The position numbers and the translations under genes are program-made. A stretch of 62,917 bases of DNA, filler included, from Octopus bimaculoides (taxonomy: Eukaryota): NCBI RefSeq assembly GCF_001194135.2. It is 4 parts of 4 records of this genome, joined end to end, with 100 filler letters (N's around TTAATTAATTAA, not from the genome) between each part and the next. Parts side by side here need not be neighbours in the genome. Positions count along the whole stretch, not along the records: positions 1 to 24,572 come from NC_068985.1; 3 more parts are not named here. One strand, given 5' to 3'. Positions 1-13,150 of the stretch are shown piece by piece (position 1 is the stretch's first letter; each line of letters opens with the position of its first letter). The notes beneath the pieces were generated by a model. That model searched no databases, was not told where the DNA came from, and saw nothing but the letters and a program-made list of their open reading frames with translations.

Positions 1-48
<48 letters not shown>

Positions 49-304
49 TGTATGCATGTATGTATACACATACCTATGAGTATGCGTGTATATATAAGTA
101 CATATATGCATACTCAAATAGATATATATACATGTGTGTGTATGTGTGTGTGGATATGTAGACATTTGTGCTTATATACACTAGTATACTCGTGCCGTCA
201 AAATAACATCATATTGAAATAAGCTGTAGTTGCTATTTAATAATTCCACCGCCATAACATAACTTTCCATGTAGTTGATATATTCTTGTATCGGAATGCA
301 AACT

Positions 305-420
305 GGAAATACAGTTCTATATTTAAGACATGAGGAATTATGTACATTATTTACAATTGACGGATATTTGTCCTCATCTTGTTTGTTTCGGCTGATATAC
401 CCTCCAGCCTTCATCAGGAC
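305..420 (-). mobile_element. Partial copy of the 18.5-kb foldback family with an intact hammerhead core and stem II
   Basis: aatacagttctatatttaagacatgaggaattatgtac...tgacggatatttgtcctcatcttgtttg matches the 18.5-kb arm. Reverse complement of 385-418 is CTGATGA-a-GGCTG-loop-CAGCC-GAAAC; the cleavage-site segment is deleted. Confidence 0.7.
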
Positions 421-511
421 CATTGCACCTCCACCGTTCTCCACTAAATTTGTGTTAGTGTCATACGGGGAAAAGTCATAATTTAGGTTGTTAACTCTAT
501 AAATTCAACAT

Positions 512-558
512 GGTTAGGGTTAGGGTTAGGGTTAGGGTTAGGGTTAGGGTTAGGGTTA
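512..558 (+). repeat. Interstitial (TTAGGG)n telomere-like array, ~7 copies
   Basis: ggttagggttagggttagggttagggttagggttagggttagggtta. Confidence 0.95.
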
Positions 559-630
559 CAGCTAAAAACCACTACAAAAATTTGTATATCTAATCATATG
601 ATCATCCTCGACTGATTATATCGTACTCTC

Positions 631-680
<50 letters not shown>

Positions 681-1326
681 TCTATCTATCTATCTCTCTC
701 TCACCGAATTTAGGTCGGTAAAGTCAAACGGTACTTTGTACTTATTACGGAGGGTGATGCTCCAGCATGGCTGCAGTCTAATCACTGAAGCAAGTAAAAG
801 ATCAAATATGTATCTGTGTCTCGAAGCATGTCGTGTACTCTGTGGTATATTTTTGAATATTTCGTGATTAATAAACATTAAATTTATTCACCTTATTCGC
901 CGGATTTTAATATTTTATGAGAAAAATTTCGTTGTTTTGCGATACTTTTTCTTCTCAAATAATTTCAGATTGCATTTACAATTTGGAGAAAAACAAAATT
1001 AGATAGGCTAAAATTGTCATTTTATATATTTCCATATTTCTTATCGTTTTTACTTTCATAAATGCATAAATAAATTATTAAATTCATAGGATTCTGTTTT
1101 GTATAAAACAATGCCTTTCGTTCATTTCCCACTATAAATTGCCTACGACGATATTTTGGTTATATGACTAATATTAAACGCCCTAAACGTCAGGTTGTGA
1201 AATTATCTGACTGCAGACACTTGGTGTAGATTTCATCTTGAGTTTCAAGTTGTCGTAAACGCATTTAAACTTCAACCACAGAATAAAGTATTTATAAATA
1301 TTGTCTTAAGTCCAGTGGTTCCTCAG

Positions 1327-1334
1327 AGCATTTG

Positions 1335-1428
<94 letters not shown>
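1327..1428 (+). repeat. (CA)n microsatellite (representative of many)
   Basis: Direct reading. Confidence 0.9.
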
Positions 1429-1433
<5 letters not shown>

Positions 1434-1435
1434 TA

Positions 1436-1590
1436 GGACGGGCTTCTTTCAGTTTAGGTCAACCAAATTCTCTCACAAGGCTTTGGTCAAGGTTATTGTA
1501 GAAGACACTCGCCCAAGTTGCCAGGCAGTGGAACTGAACCCTGAACCATATGGCTGGGAAGCAAGCTCTGTGCCACACAGCCAGGAATGG
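1436..1590 (-). mobile_element. SINE family A head fragment
   Basis: gacgggcttctttcagttt...gaagacactcgcccaag...ccacacagcc. Confidence 0.85.
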
Positions 1591-2029
1591 GGCTATATAC
1601 ATAGTATACAATTATACATATACGTATTCATATACACACATATACAACAGCATATGTGGGTGTATATGTGTGTACACATATGTATACATAGACAGATAAA
1701 TGTATGACGTGTGTGCGTGCGCGAGTGTATGAGTGTGTGCGCGTGTTTTCAACCTGGGGACCAGGAAAAGTTGACAGTTATTTGTGCAAGGTGCATAACT
1801 ATGAAATTTGAAGCTTGTAAAATGCATGAAATTTCGACGGTTTTGTGCAGGAGACCTCATGTGGAAGGTTAAAACCAAAAGACAACGGATTATAACGGAT
1901 TATAAATGAATTATTAAGCGGATTTATATGTGTCAGAATGGTTCAAACTAAAGCAAATTAGTATGTCAGAGTATTATAATCTCTTGAGAGAACTGTAAAA
2001 TACATATGTGTCCACATATACATATGAAA

Positions 2030-2200
2030 CTGGTTCTCCGTCGATTACGACGACGAGTGTTCCAGGTTCCATTTGATCCGATCAACGGAACAGCCTGTTC
2101 ATGAAATTAACGTGCAAGTGGCTGGGTAATCCCCAGACATGCGTACCCTTAACGTAGTTCTCAGTGAAATTCAGCTTAACACAGAATGTGACAAGGCTGG
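2030..2200 (-). mobile_element. SINE family C 3' fragment
   Basis: gatccgatcaacggaacagc...ttaacgtgcaagtggctg...acagaatgtgacaaggctgg is the reverse complement of 15570-15720. Confidence 0.8.
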
Positions 2201-2504
2201 TCTAATTATAACACATAATAAATAATATAAGCCTAAATAAATTAATTTGGTTAGTTAAGAACAAAAACGATTGCTATTCTATCGGGTGAGAACGAATGAG
2301 TACTGATAAGCCTTGTCGGGTAGGAGGAAACAAATGCAACCTATGCGTAGAGGACATTTTCCAAATAATTACATGAAGCACTCATTAATTAATGTAAGAC
2401 ACGAACAAGCCCTTAGATGTTTGTGCAAGGAGGGTCTAACCTCTAAAAGGTATGAGGATAATTCTAGATAGCCAAAGGCCCAGCAACATTTGGGCTTACT
2501 CTTT

Positions 2505-2750
2505 TACTCTTTTACCCTTATACTTGTTTCAGTCATTTGACTGCAGCTTTGATGGAGCACCACCAGTAGCCGAGCAAATCGACCCCAGGACTTATTCTTT
2601 GTAAGCCTAGTACTTATTCTATCTGTCACTTTGGCCGAACCGCTAGATTACGGGGACGTAAACACACCACCATCGATTGTCAAGTGATCTTGCGAGGACA
2701 AACACAAACATATACACACACATACATATACATTCATATATATGACGGGT
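2505..2750 (-). mobile_element. SINE family A tail fragment
   Basis: cttttactc...acttgtttcagtcatttgactgc...gtaagcctagtacttattc matches 16680-16950. Confidence 0.85.
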
Positions 2751-3053
2751 TTATAGAAATTTATATATATATATACGCACACAGACACACACCTTTATAC
2801 ATTACAATTATATATATATATATACATATATATATTCATATATGCTTACATTTATTATATATATATCTTATACATTTCTATATGATATTATTAAATTTGT
2901 GTATATATTCTCATTCATACGATTATGANNNNNNNNNNNNNNNNNNNNNNNNNNNNNNNNNNNNNNNNNNNNNNNNNNNNNNNNNNNNNNNNNNNNNNNN
3001 NNNNNNNNNNNNNNNNNNNNNNNNNNNNNNNNNNNNNNNNNNNNNNNNNNNNN

Positions 3054-3099
<46 letters not shown>

Positions 3100-3607
3100 T
3101 ATATTCATATATGCTTACATTTATTATATATATATCTTATACATTTCTATATGATATTATTAAATTTGTGTATATATTCTCATTCATACGATTATGATAC
3201 ACCTCAAACTTGTTTACATATTCATTTACTATGCGCATTCACAATTACACACACACACAGACACGTGCGCGCCAACAAAGAAACACATGAACAACACACA
3301 GACACACAAACACACGAACACACACATGACTATGCAAATACATATACATAAATACATTCTTAATTTAATAAGATTTATTTCGTGAATACTAGCAAAGATA
3401 TCTAAAGGCTATCATTGATAACACGGAATGAGATGGGAGCTAATTTCAAGAATTAAGAATTATTTTCGGAAAATCGGTTTATATTTTATGGTTAGAGAAC
3501 GCGTTACAGAGATTTTCAAATTTGTCTCGTCATTATAGCATTGTCCATGTTTTTCCTCTCAACTCACTTTATGCACACAAAATAATTTTGAGTACATTAT
3601 TAGACAA

Positions 3608-3761
3608 GGCGTGGCTGTGTGGTAAGGAGTTTGTATCCCAACCATATGGTTCCGGGTTCAATCCCACTGCATGGCACATGAGGGAAGTATCTTCTACTAT
3701 AGCTTCGAGCCAAGCAAATCCTTGTGAGTGGATTTGATAGACGGATATTGGAGGAAGACCA

Positions 3762-3796
<35 letters not shown>

Positions 3797-4678
3797 NNNN
3801 NNNNNNNNNNNNNNNNNNNNNNNNNNNNNNNNNNNNNNNNNNNNNNNNNNNNNNNNNNNNNNNNNNNNNNNNNNNNNNNNNNNNNNNNNNNNNNNNNNNN
3901 NNNNNNNNNNNNNNNNNNNNNNNNNNNNNNNNNNNNNNNNNNNNNNNNNNNNNNNNNNNNNNNNNNNNNNNNNNNNNNNNNNNNNNNNNNNNNNNNNNNN
4001 NNNNNNNNNNNNNNNNNNNNNNNNNNNNNNNNNNNNNNNNNNNNNNNNNNNNNNNNNNNNNNNNNNNNNNNNNNNNNNNNNNNNNNNNNNNNNNNNNNNN
4101 NNNNNNNNNNNNNNNNNNNNNNNNNNNNNNNNNNNNNNNNNNNNNNNNNNNNNNNNNNNNNNNNNNNNNNNNNNNNNNNNNNNNNNNNNNNNNNNNNNNN
4201 NNNNNNNNNNNNNNNNNNNNNNNNNNNNNNNNNNNNNNNNNNNNNNNNNNNNNNNNNNNNNNNNNNNNNNNNNNNNNNNNNNNNNNNNNNNNNNNNNNNN
4301 NNNNNNNNNNNNNNNNNNNNNNNNNNNNNNNNNNNNNNNNNNNNNNNNNNNNNNNNNNNNNNNNNNNNNNNNNNNNNNNNNNNNNNNNNNNNNNNNNNNN
4401 NNNNNNNNNNNNNNNNNNNNNNNNNNNNNNNNNNNNNNNNNNNNNNNNNNNNNNNNNNNNNNNNNNNNNNTATATATATGTACATTGTGGGTATGTGCGT
4501 GTGTCCTTGTGTCTGTGTTTGTCCACATCACCGCTTGACAACCGGTGCTGGTGCGTTTACGTCCACATAACGTAGCTCTTCGGCAAAAGTGCGATAGAAT
4601 AAGTACCAGACTCGCTCTGCCCCAGCATGGTCCCAGTCTAATAACTGAAGCAAGTCAAAAGATAAACGATAAAAGATG
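3608..4678 (+). mobile_element. SINE family A split by an N gap in its internal (TA)n
   Basis: Head 3608-3765 and tail 4490-4678 match the family. Confidence 0.8.
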
Positions 4679-5849
4679 AAAGTTTAATTTCCATAATAGA
4701 AAAAAAAAACTGAGGGAAGCGAAAGAAAATAAGTCGAAAGTGCGAATGGTTTGAATTTTATTAAGAAAACTTAAAGAGCGAATACTGAATACTTTACGCC
4801 ATAGATTGTGAATATATTTTATAATTTCCTTCACTGTGGCAGTAGTAGTGATGGTGAAGATAGCGGCTCTGGTGGCGGCGCGGCGATGGTGGTGGTGCTA
4901 GTTTTAATTTGTTTGCTGTAGGTTTTATAGATCTACTTTAGAGGAATCAAGCTGTGTGTTAGCAGACTTCAGCTGTCATCAATAAGATTTTGATAGAAAT
5001 CAAAGTGCAGCAAATATTTGCAGTCAGTAAATAATGATGCAATTTATAGATTTTTTTATTTTACTATAAAATATAAAATGCGATAAGGCTCCACATGAAT
5101 CGGGCTACGACTTAGACGCAGTTTCAAATCCCGATCGATGCAGCTACACTATCATATATTCCCTATCATCATTTTATAAGTAATTTGGGAGTGGTGGCTA
5201 CGTAACTTAATGAATAGGAAGTCTGACTCCTTATGCAAGTAAATCGGGAATACAAACTTCAGTGGACGACGGTAATTCTTGCTGCTGTTTTGCTCCAAGT
5301 CAGAGCTGACTATTACAGCATTGTGTACCCTGGAGTACATTAACAAACGCATCCTTTTTCAAATTCTGATGTACGTTTTCATATATACTCAGATATACAT
5401 TTACAACTCAGCGCAGAACACACGCGTATACATTCATTCACACACGCATGCCTGTATTCATGGATTTATATATATATATATATNNNNNNNNNNNNNNNNN
5501 NNNNNNNNNNNNNNNNNNNNNNNNNNNNNNNNNNNNNNNNNNNNNNNNNNNNNNNNNNNNNNNNNNNNNNNNNNNNNNNNNNNNNNNNNNNNNNNNNNNN
5601 NNNNNNNNNNNNNNNNNNNNNNNNNNNNNNNNNNNNNNNNNNNNNNNNNNNNNNNNNNNNNNNNNNNNNNNNNNNNNNNNNNNNNNNNNNNNNNNNNNNN
5701 NNNNNNNNNNNNNNNNNNNNNNNNNNNNNNNNNNNNNNNNNNNNNNNNNNNNNNNNNNNNNNNNNNNNNNNNNNNNNNNNNNNNNNNNNNNNNNNNNNNN
5801 NNNNNNNNNNNNNNNNNNNNNATATATATACATGTCTATGTGTGTGTGT

Positions 5850-6085
5850 GTGAGTGATTGTGTCTTTTTGTATGTATTTGTACCCCGCCACCGCTTGACA
5901 ACCTGTGCTGATGTGTTATACCCGGTAACCTAGCGGTTTAGTTGAGAGACCGACAGAATAAGTGTCACGTTTTACAAAACAACAATGCATACTGGGATGG
6001 ATTCTCTTGACTAAAATTCCTTGAACGCTGTACCCCAGCATGGCCGCAGTCTAATGACTGAAACAAGTGAAAGATAAAATAAAAG
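5850..6085 (+). mobile_element. SINE family A tail fragment
   Basis: ccgcttgacaacc...ccagcatggccgcagtctaatgactgaaacaagt. Confidence 0.8.
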
Positions 6086-6093
6086 ACATATAT

Positions 6094-6134
<41 letters not shown>

Positions 6135-7043
6135 GTGTGTCTGTATATGCATGTATGTGTGTGTATATATATATATATGTGTATGTCTGTGTGTGTGTGT
6201 GCGTGTATCCATTGTAATTAAAAGCATCGGCGTTAATGTCATTTTAACCTGTGCGATATTTTCCTGTTTCTAAGAATAGCTTTCGCATCTTAATTTATTA
6301 TATTATAATATGTAGTAGGTCACCTTGATGTTGTTATGGCTTCAGATTGACATATATGGACACGTCCAAGATACGTCGCTGCCTCGGATTTATATCGGAA
6401 AACAAAGACATATACACTCTCTCCTCCCTCCTGCCCCTTCGCCTCTTTCTTTAGCTCTGAACTCTTTCAGCATAGCTTCATACATCTTCGTAACAAATAC
6501 ACACACACACACAACTGTTTATAGATGAATGTCAGTGTGTGCGTGTGTGTACGAGATTTTCGAAAGGAATGTATAAATCAAATAAATTTGTTAGGCTTAT
6601 CAACTCTTATATTCCACGTTCTTTGATGTCTTTGAATACGCAAATTGTTTCCATTTGAATTCAGTTCGTGTAGCTGTAGAGAAGAGGTACCTGGTCATCG
6701 GTAAATCTAGTTTGGGTGGGAACGAAGGAGATTGATAACTTATTAAATGAACGGTTGATCTTTTATCCGCAAGGAACTCCTAAGTTAAGCTTTAGAATAA
6801 GCACAATCCTTCCGTCATATAGCATATGGCGAAACCACTAACACGTGTTGTTGTTTGAGACAGAGCTTCTGAAAACAGGCCAAACAAACCCTATGACCAT
6901 TTTTATGATATTGTCTCCGGTAGAACATATTCAGACAGAATCGGTGTCAAACCAAATTATATTGTGTTATTTATGACGCTCTTTTGGGTTTTAAAAAAAT
7001 ATTTTATGCCCAAATCTTCATATACAACTATCTTATCTTTCTT

Positions 7044-7059
<16 letters not shown>

Positions 7060-7130
<71 letters not shown>
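7060..7130 (+). repeat. (TCTA)n tetranucleotide; similar (GATA)n arrays at 36728-36788 and 40691-40755
   Basis: Direct reading. Confidence 0.95.
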
Positions 7131-7132
<2 letters not shown>

Positions 7133-7208
7133 TTTCCCGAGCGTCAAACTAATACAGTTGCTGGTTGTTCCTACACCTGTCTTCGTCTTTTGTTTTTCTA
7201 CAAATCTG

Positions 7209-7258
<50 letters not shown>

Positions 7259-8720
7259 NNNNNNNNNNNNNNNNNNNNNNNNNNNNNNNNNNNNNNNNNN
7301 NNNNNNNNNNNNNNNNNNNNNNNNNNNNNNNNNNNNNNNNNNNNNNNNNNNNNNNNNNNNNNNNNNNNNNNNNNNNNNNNNNNNNNNNNNNNNNNNNNNN
7401 NNNNNNNNNNNNNNNNNNNNNNNNNNNNNNNNNNNNNNNNNNNNNNNNNNNNNNNNNNNNNNNNNNNNNNNNNNNNNNNNNNNNNNNNNNNNNNNNNNNN
7501 NNNNNNNNNNNNNNNNNNNNNNNNNNNNNNNNNNNNNNNNNNNNNNNNNNNNNNNNNNNNNNNNNNNNNNNNNNNNNNNNNNNNNNNNNNNNNNNNNNNN
7601 NNNNNNNNNNNNNNNNNNNNNNNNNNNNNNNNNNNNNNNNNNNNNNNNNNNNNNNNNNNNNNNNNNNNNNNNNNNNNNNNNNNNNNNNNNNNNNNNNNNN
7701 NNNNNNNNNNNNNNNNNNNNNNNNNNNNNNNNNNNNNNNNNNNNNNNNNNNNNNNNNNNNNNNNNNNNNNNNNNNNNNNNNNNNNNNNNNNNNNNNNNNN
7801 NNNNNNNNNNNNNNNNNNNNNNNNNNNNNNNNNNNNNNNNNNNNNNNNNNNNNNNNNNNNNNNNNNNNNNNNNNNNNNNNNNNNNNNNNNNNNNNNNNNN
7901 NNNNNNNNNNNNNNNNNNNNNNNNNNNNNNNNNNNNNNNNNNNNNNNNNNNNNNNNNNNNNNNNNNNNNNNNNNNNNNNNNNNNNNNNNNNNNNNNNNNN
8001 NNNNNNNNNNNNNNNNNNNNNNNNNNNNNNNNNNNNNNNNNNNNNNNNNNNNNNNNNNNNNNNNNNNNNNNNNNNNNNNNNNNNNNNNNNNNNNNNNNNN
8101 NNNNNNNNNNNNNNNNNNNNNNNNNNNNNNNNNNNNNNNNNNNNNNNNNNNNNNNNNNNNNNNNNNNNNNNNNNNNNNNNNNNNNNNNNNTATATATATA
8201 TATATATATATATATATTGATACATAAATACTGTTGACTCATTCGTATTGTGTGTAAAAGAAAGCTCCGAGTGTGAATAAATTACTGCAAAATATGAAAA
8301 TATTTCTGTCTCATTAATATGTATGTCCCTTCCATTCGCCGACACCACCTCGCAGACGTTTTGTGCTCAGCTCTGTTTTGTTCTCGTTTTATGGATGTTT
8401 TCACTCTACTTCCATTTGAAGATACGACTATGTCAGAGAGATATAACTATTTAAATAATTCGGACATTTACAATATCCTTGATCGTTTCCCACTATTATT
8501 CTTCCAACTATGGCCAATATGTATTGCTGAACTCCAGCCTGACCTCGCCACTTCAGTTCGATTCTCTGTTAGCTTTTTATAATGACGAATTAACGTAATA
8601 TTGCTATCATTCCGAATATCACATTCATGTGGCTGACACACAATGACTCACTCTCTAACAAGCAATATCGCCCAAGTGGAATGCTTGCTCGAATAATATC
8701 GATTTATTGTGTCGGCTGCC

Positions 8721-8722
<2 letters not shown>

Positions 8723-8791
<69 letters not shown>

Positions 8792-8815
8792 CATTATTAT
8801 TATTAATATTGTTGT

Positions 8816-8872
<57 letters not shown>

Positions 8873-8888
8873 TATTATTATTATTATT
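8723..8888. repeat. Compound (ATT)n/(AAT)n microsatellite, partly self-complementary
   Basis: (ATT)n, then (AAT)n, then (ATT)n. Confidence 0.95.
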
Positions 8889-9216
8889 CATTTATGTATT
8901 TATTTACCAATTTGTTTTATCATATTTAGAGACGCTTGTAAATCTATGAAATTCTTCTCAGAAATACTTGTCTGTCAGGAAATATTTATCAGGATGTTTT
9001 CACATGAATCTCTCTTCCTCTCTTTCTCTGTCTGTCTGTCTGTCCCCCCCTCTCTCTCTCTCTGTCAGTCAATATCTCTTTCGTCTTTCTTTCTCTATCT
9101 CTGTATTTATCAGTTTACATCTCTCTCCGTCTAACGTTTTAGTTCTGTCTTTATTTCTCTTTCTCACAAACTGTGTGCGTGTATATGTAGACATAATTAC
9201 AGAATTACAGAATTAC

Positions 9217-9272
<56 letters not shown>

Positions 9273-9929
9273 AGAGAGAGAAAGAGATAGAGAGAAATTA
9301 ATAAACAAATAAATAGATAACTGGCCATATAAATACATACAAAGAGATATAGGTAAAAGATAAGCCAACAGACAAGTACACGCTAACAAGTACACACGCA
9401 CACACACATAACTTGAAAAGCCGGTCCAGGACCGTGTTACTCTGGAAGATCCGATGTGTGCAATCATTTCTTAAGGCAACTAAAATTGCCTGAAAAAGTG
9501 GCTTGCACGCGATGGAAACGCCAGACTAATAGAACATTATCGGCTTTAGTAAGCTAGTGCACGAGTTTTCTTCACACACACACACACGCATATATATAAA
9601 TACACATATACATTTACATATGTATGCATACCAACACACACACGCACACTCACACACACACACACACACACGCACACACATACATATATATTATAAAGTT
9701 TGAAAGCTAGAGATGTAATGGTTACAAATTACGTTATTAATTGATTAACATGTTCACCTACAATTGTTTCATTTCACAACCAAAATTTAAACTACAGAAC
9801 ATATATAAATATATAATCTTGCATGGAAGATCATCAGGGTATGCAAAGGACAATACAAGGATTACATTATGATCCGTATATGTATGTATGTATGTTGGTT
9901 GGAATTTAGAAGGTTGTGGTTCTACTGGG

Positions 9930-10400
9930 AGCCAGCTAGCCTTCACCTCACCACCCTTTCAAACACTTTGATTATATGGGAGGGGAGTAAGATTGGGCGA
10001 CCGTTAACTGTGAGTGACATGTTTCTCTTCTTGAAGAACGGGATGACAGATTGAGATAAGAACTGATTTGGTGTATAGTCTGAGTCTAAAGAATTTATCT
10101 AGAGGTTGATTAGAAGGATTGTAAGTTAGTGTGTACATTCCTTGAAGACACTAGAAGGGAATCTATCACGGTTTACAGCAGAATATTACTTCATTTCATT
10201 TATGGCTGCTATGATGTCTGAGGTAGTAAACGTTATGTCCGAGATAATATGTTCATTACATTCCTTGCGTCAAACTATTAGTAGATTCGCTAAAAACAGG
10301 GCAGGATTTTGTATCCAGAACTTCTGCCATTTCTTTAGCGTCATGTTGCTGTGATCTTCAATCAATGAACCAACGGATGAGACAACAGTCCAATGCTTTT
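9930..10400 (-). mobile_element. CR1/L2-group LINE RT N-terminal fragment
   Basis: IISDITFTTSDIIAAINEM...SA...DRFP...VIPFFKKRNMSLTVNGRPILLPSHIIKVFERVVR matches the PIxKxG...NYRPISL...KxxERxV motif. Confidence 0.8.
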
Positions 10401-10449
10401 TGGTATAGAACACACATTCAGGGTCTGTTTGATCTTTTTACTTAACCAC

Positions 10450-10720
10450 TCTTCCCCTGCAGCTCTTTCATTGTCGATGGGGGTTTTCAAGCTGATCTGC
10501 AGATGGTATTTTTTTCAACTCAAGCTTTCTTATTCTTGTTGAATGTGGATGCTGTTAGTGATAGGATTTTCATTGGTTGACTTTTTTTTAAAGTCTTTTG
10601 ATTCTGGTGATGGGTGTTTTTTTTTTTACCTTTCTCTGGAGCCTATTTTTGCTCGTGCTTGCGAGTTTCATAGGAGCGCGTTTTAGGCCTGTATATGTGA
10701 CAATGTTCTCAAAGTGCAAA
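10450..10720 (-). mobile_element. Possible Penelope-like GIY-YIG endonuclease relic
   Basis: Very degenerate: TYTGL...MKILSLTASTFNKNKK...KKYHL loosely resembles PLE endonuclease C-termini. Confidence 0.3.
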
Positions 10721-10734
10721 ACGAGTAGTACCTA

Positions 10735-10880
10735 AGGGCCAGCCTTGTCACTTTCTGTATCCCGCCGAATCGTTAAGGATACGCGTATCTCTGGAGTACT
10801 CAGCCACTTGCGCGTTAAATTCACGAATAGGCTGTTCCGCTGACTGGATCAACTGGAGCCCTCGTTTTCGTAGTCAAGGG
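10735..10880 (+). mobile_element. SINE family C 3' fragment
   Basis: ccagccttgtcac...ctcagccacttgc...ggatcaactggagccctcg. Confidence 0.8.
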
Positions 10881-11035
10881 AATGGTAGTTATATAATATG
10901 TGTGTGTGTGTGTGTGTGAATGTATATATATATATGTATATATATATATGTATATATATATATATACATATATGTATACTGTTCTATACTGTTCCAGTAT
11001 CATAATAGCATGAAACTATTAGTAGCTCTTTCATT

Positions 11036-11104
11036 TGGCGTGGCTCTCTGGTAAGAAACTTGATTCCCAGCCACATGCTTGCGAGTTTAGTCCCACTGCG
11101 TGGC
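11036..11104 (+). mobile_element. SINE family A head running into a gap
   Basis: ggcgtggctctctggtaagaaacttg...gtcccactgcgtggc. Confidence 0.75.
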
Positions 11105-11903
11105 NNNNNNNNNNNNNNNNNNNNNNNNNNNNNNNNNNNNNNNNNNNNNNNNNNNNNNNNNNNNNNNNNNNNNNNNNNNNNNNNNNNNNNNNNNNNNNNN
11201 NNNNNNNNNNNNNNNNNNNNNNNNNNNNNNNNNNNNNNNNNNNNNNNNNNNNNNNNNNNNNNNNNNNNNNNNNNNNNNNNNNNNNNNNNNNNNNNNNNNN
11301 NNNNNNNNNNNNNNNNNNNNNNNNNNNNNNNNNNNNNNNNNNNNNNNNNNNNNNNNNNNNNNNNNNNNNNNNNNNNNNNNNNNNNNNNNNNNNNNNNNNN
11401 NNNNNNNNNNNNNNNNNNNNNNNNNNNNNNNNNNNNNNNNNNNNNNNNNNNNNNNNNNNNNNNNNNNNNNNNNNNNNNNNNNNNNNNNNNNNNNNNNNNN
11501 NNNNNNNNNNNNNNNNNNNNNNNNNNNNNNNNNNNNNNNNNNNNNNNNNNNNNNNNNNNNNNNNNNNNNNNNNNNNNNNNNNNNNNNNNNNNNNNNNNNN
11601 NNNNNNNNNNNNNNNNNNNNNNNNNNNNNNNNNNNNNNNNNNNNNNNNNNNNNNNNNNNNNNNNNNNNNNNNNNNNNNNNNNNNNNNNNNNNNNNNNNNN
11701 NNNNNNNNNNNNNNNNNNNNNNNNNNNNNNNNNNNNNNNNNNNNNNNNNNNNNNNNNNNNNNNNNNNNNNNNNNNNNNNNNNNNNNNNNNNNNNNNNNNN
11801 NNNNNNNNNNNNNNNNNNNNNNNNNNNNNNNNNNNNNNNNNNNNNNNNNNNNNNNNNNNNNNNNNNNNNNNNNNNNNNNNNNNNNNNNNNNNNNNNNNNN
11901 NNN

Positions 11904-11936
<33 letters not shown>

Positions 11937-12392
11937 GGAGAAAGAAAGATAGCTTTGTAATATACTCATATATACATGATTAAAAGTGAGTGAGGAGGGA
12001 GGAGTTAGAAGGTGCAAGAGCCACTGACAAACAAGGACGTAGACGAATAAAGAGATAGACAGTGTCTGAATTAGTAAAGAACTTGTTTGAAGTTAGTTTA
12101 TTGAGCGACGAACGTACGTGACCTTACATCAGACGCTAACAATTCCTTTTGTTTTCAGGAACGCAAATATTAATACATAAACAGTCAAAATTCTACGCAC
12201 GTTTCACTGACACTCTACACAAAATAGATAAACAGATTTGAGACACTTTGCTGCACATTTGTCACTAATGTCGTTGAGAAAGTCAGAAATATTTATGCAC
12301 ATCTATGTTCCATTATATTCAAAATCATTTTATGGAATCATCGTCTGAAAGATAACTTGAAAGTAATAAAATATACTCTGTTTATTACTCGG

Positions 12393-13150
12393 ATATAGGC
12401 CCAGGCTTGACTGTGTGGTAAGAAGCTTCCTTGCCAACTACATGATTCCGGGTTCAATCCCACTGCGAGGCACCTAGGGCAAGTGTCTTCTACTATAGCT
12501 TCAGGCCCACCAAAACCTTGTGAGTGGAATCTGAAGACAGAAACTAAAAGAAGCCCGTCGGCTGTGCAATAGGCGCAGGAGTGGTTGTGTGGTGAGAAGC
12601 TTACTTCTCAACCACATGGTACACGGAATTTGGTAGACGGAAACGGAAAGAAGCCCGCCGTATACATGTATATATATGTGTGTTTGTTTGTGTGTGTGTG
12701 TGTGTGTGTTTGTGTGTCTGTGTTTATCCCCCCAGCATCGCATGACAGCCGATACTGGTGTGTTGACGTCTCCGTCACATAGCGGTTCGGTAAAATAGAC
12801 TGATAAAATAAGTACTAGACTTACAAAGAATAAGTGCTAGAGTCGATTTGTTCGACTAAAGACGGTACTCCAGCATGGACGCAGTTAAATGACTGAAACA
12901 AGTAAAAGAAGAAAAGAACAAAAGTATGTGTGAGTGTGTGAGTGTGTGAGTGTGTGCGCGCATATATATGCAAATATATGTGTGGGGTGGATGGGTGTGT
13001 GTATTTCTGTATCTGTGTCTGTCCCGCACCACTGATTGACTACCGGTGCTGGTGTGTTTTAATCCTTTTAACTTAGCAGTTCACCGAAAGAGATCGATAG
13101 AATAAGAAACAAGCCTAAAGAATAAAAATAAGTACAGGCGTCGATTCCTT
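12393..13150 (+). mobile_element. Tandem SINE family A copies
   Basis: Heads at ~12405 and ~12570; tails at 12720-12915 and 13010-13150. Confidence 0.85.

Noticed and set aside
2821-3198. Exact ~108-bp direct repeat on either side of a gap (similar case at 23260-23350)
   Set aside because: Typical unmerged contig overlap.
6640-6960. Possible CR1 RT remnant (GVPCG...FTDD) on the minus strand
   Set aside because: Only two short motif resemblances, with wrong spacing.
7149-7180. Minus-strand AG|GTGTAGGAAC encoding CRN, a candidate next EXOC4 exon
   Set aside because: Purine-rich upstream sequence with no polypyrimidine tract, and a stop follows after CRNNQQLY.
3569-8348. Long ORFs (300-400 aa) in the ORF track, and similar ones at 11-12, 41-44 and 53-54 kb
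   Set aside because: They consist of N runs plus (TA)n/(CA)n/(GA)n translations and are not genes.
9495-9530. CTGAAAAAG...GGAAACGCC Penelope-like string
   Set aside because: Core and stem II are too degenerate to support.
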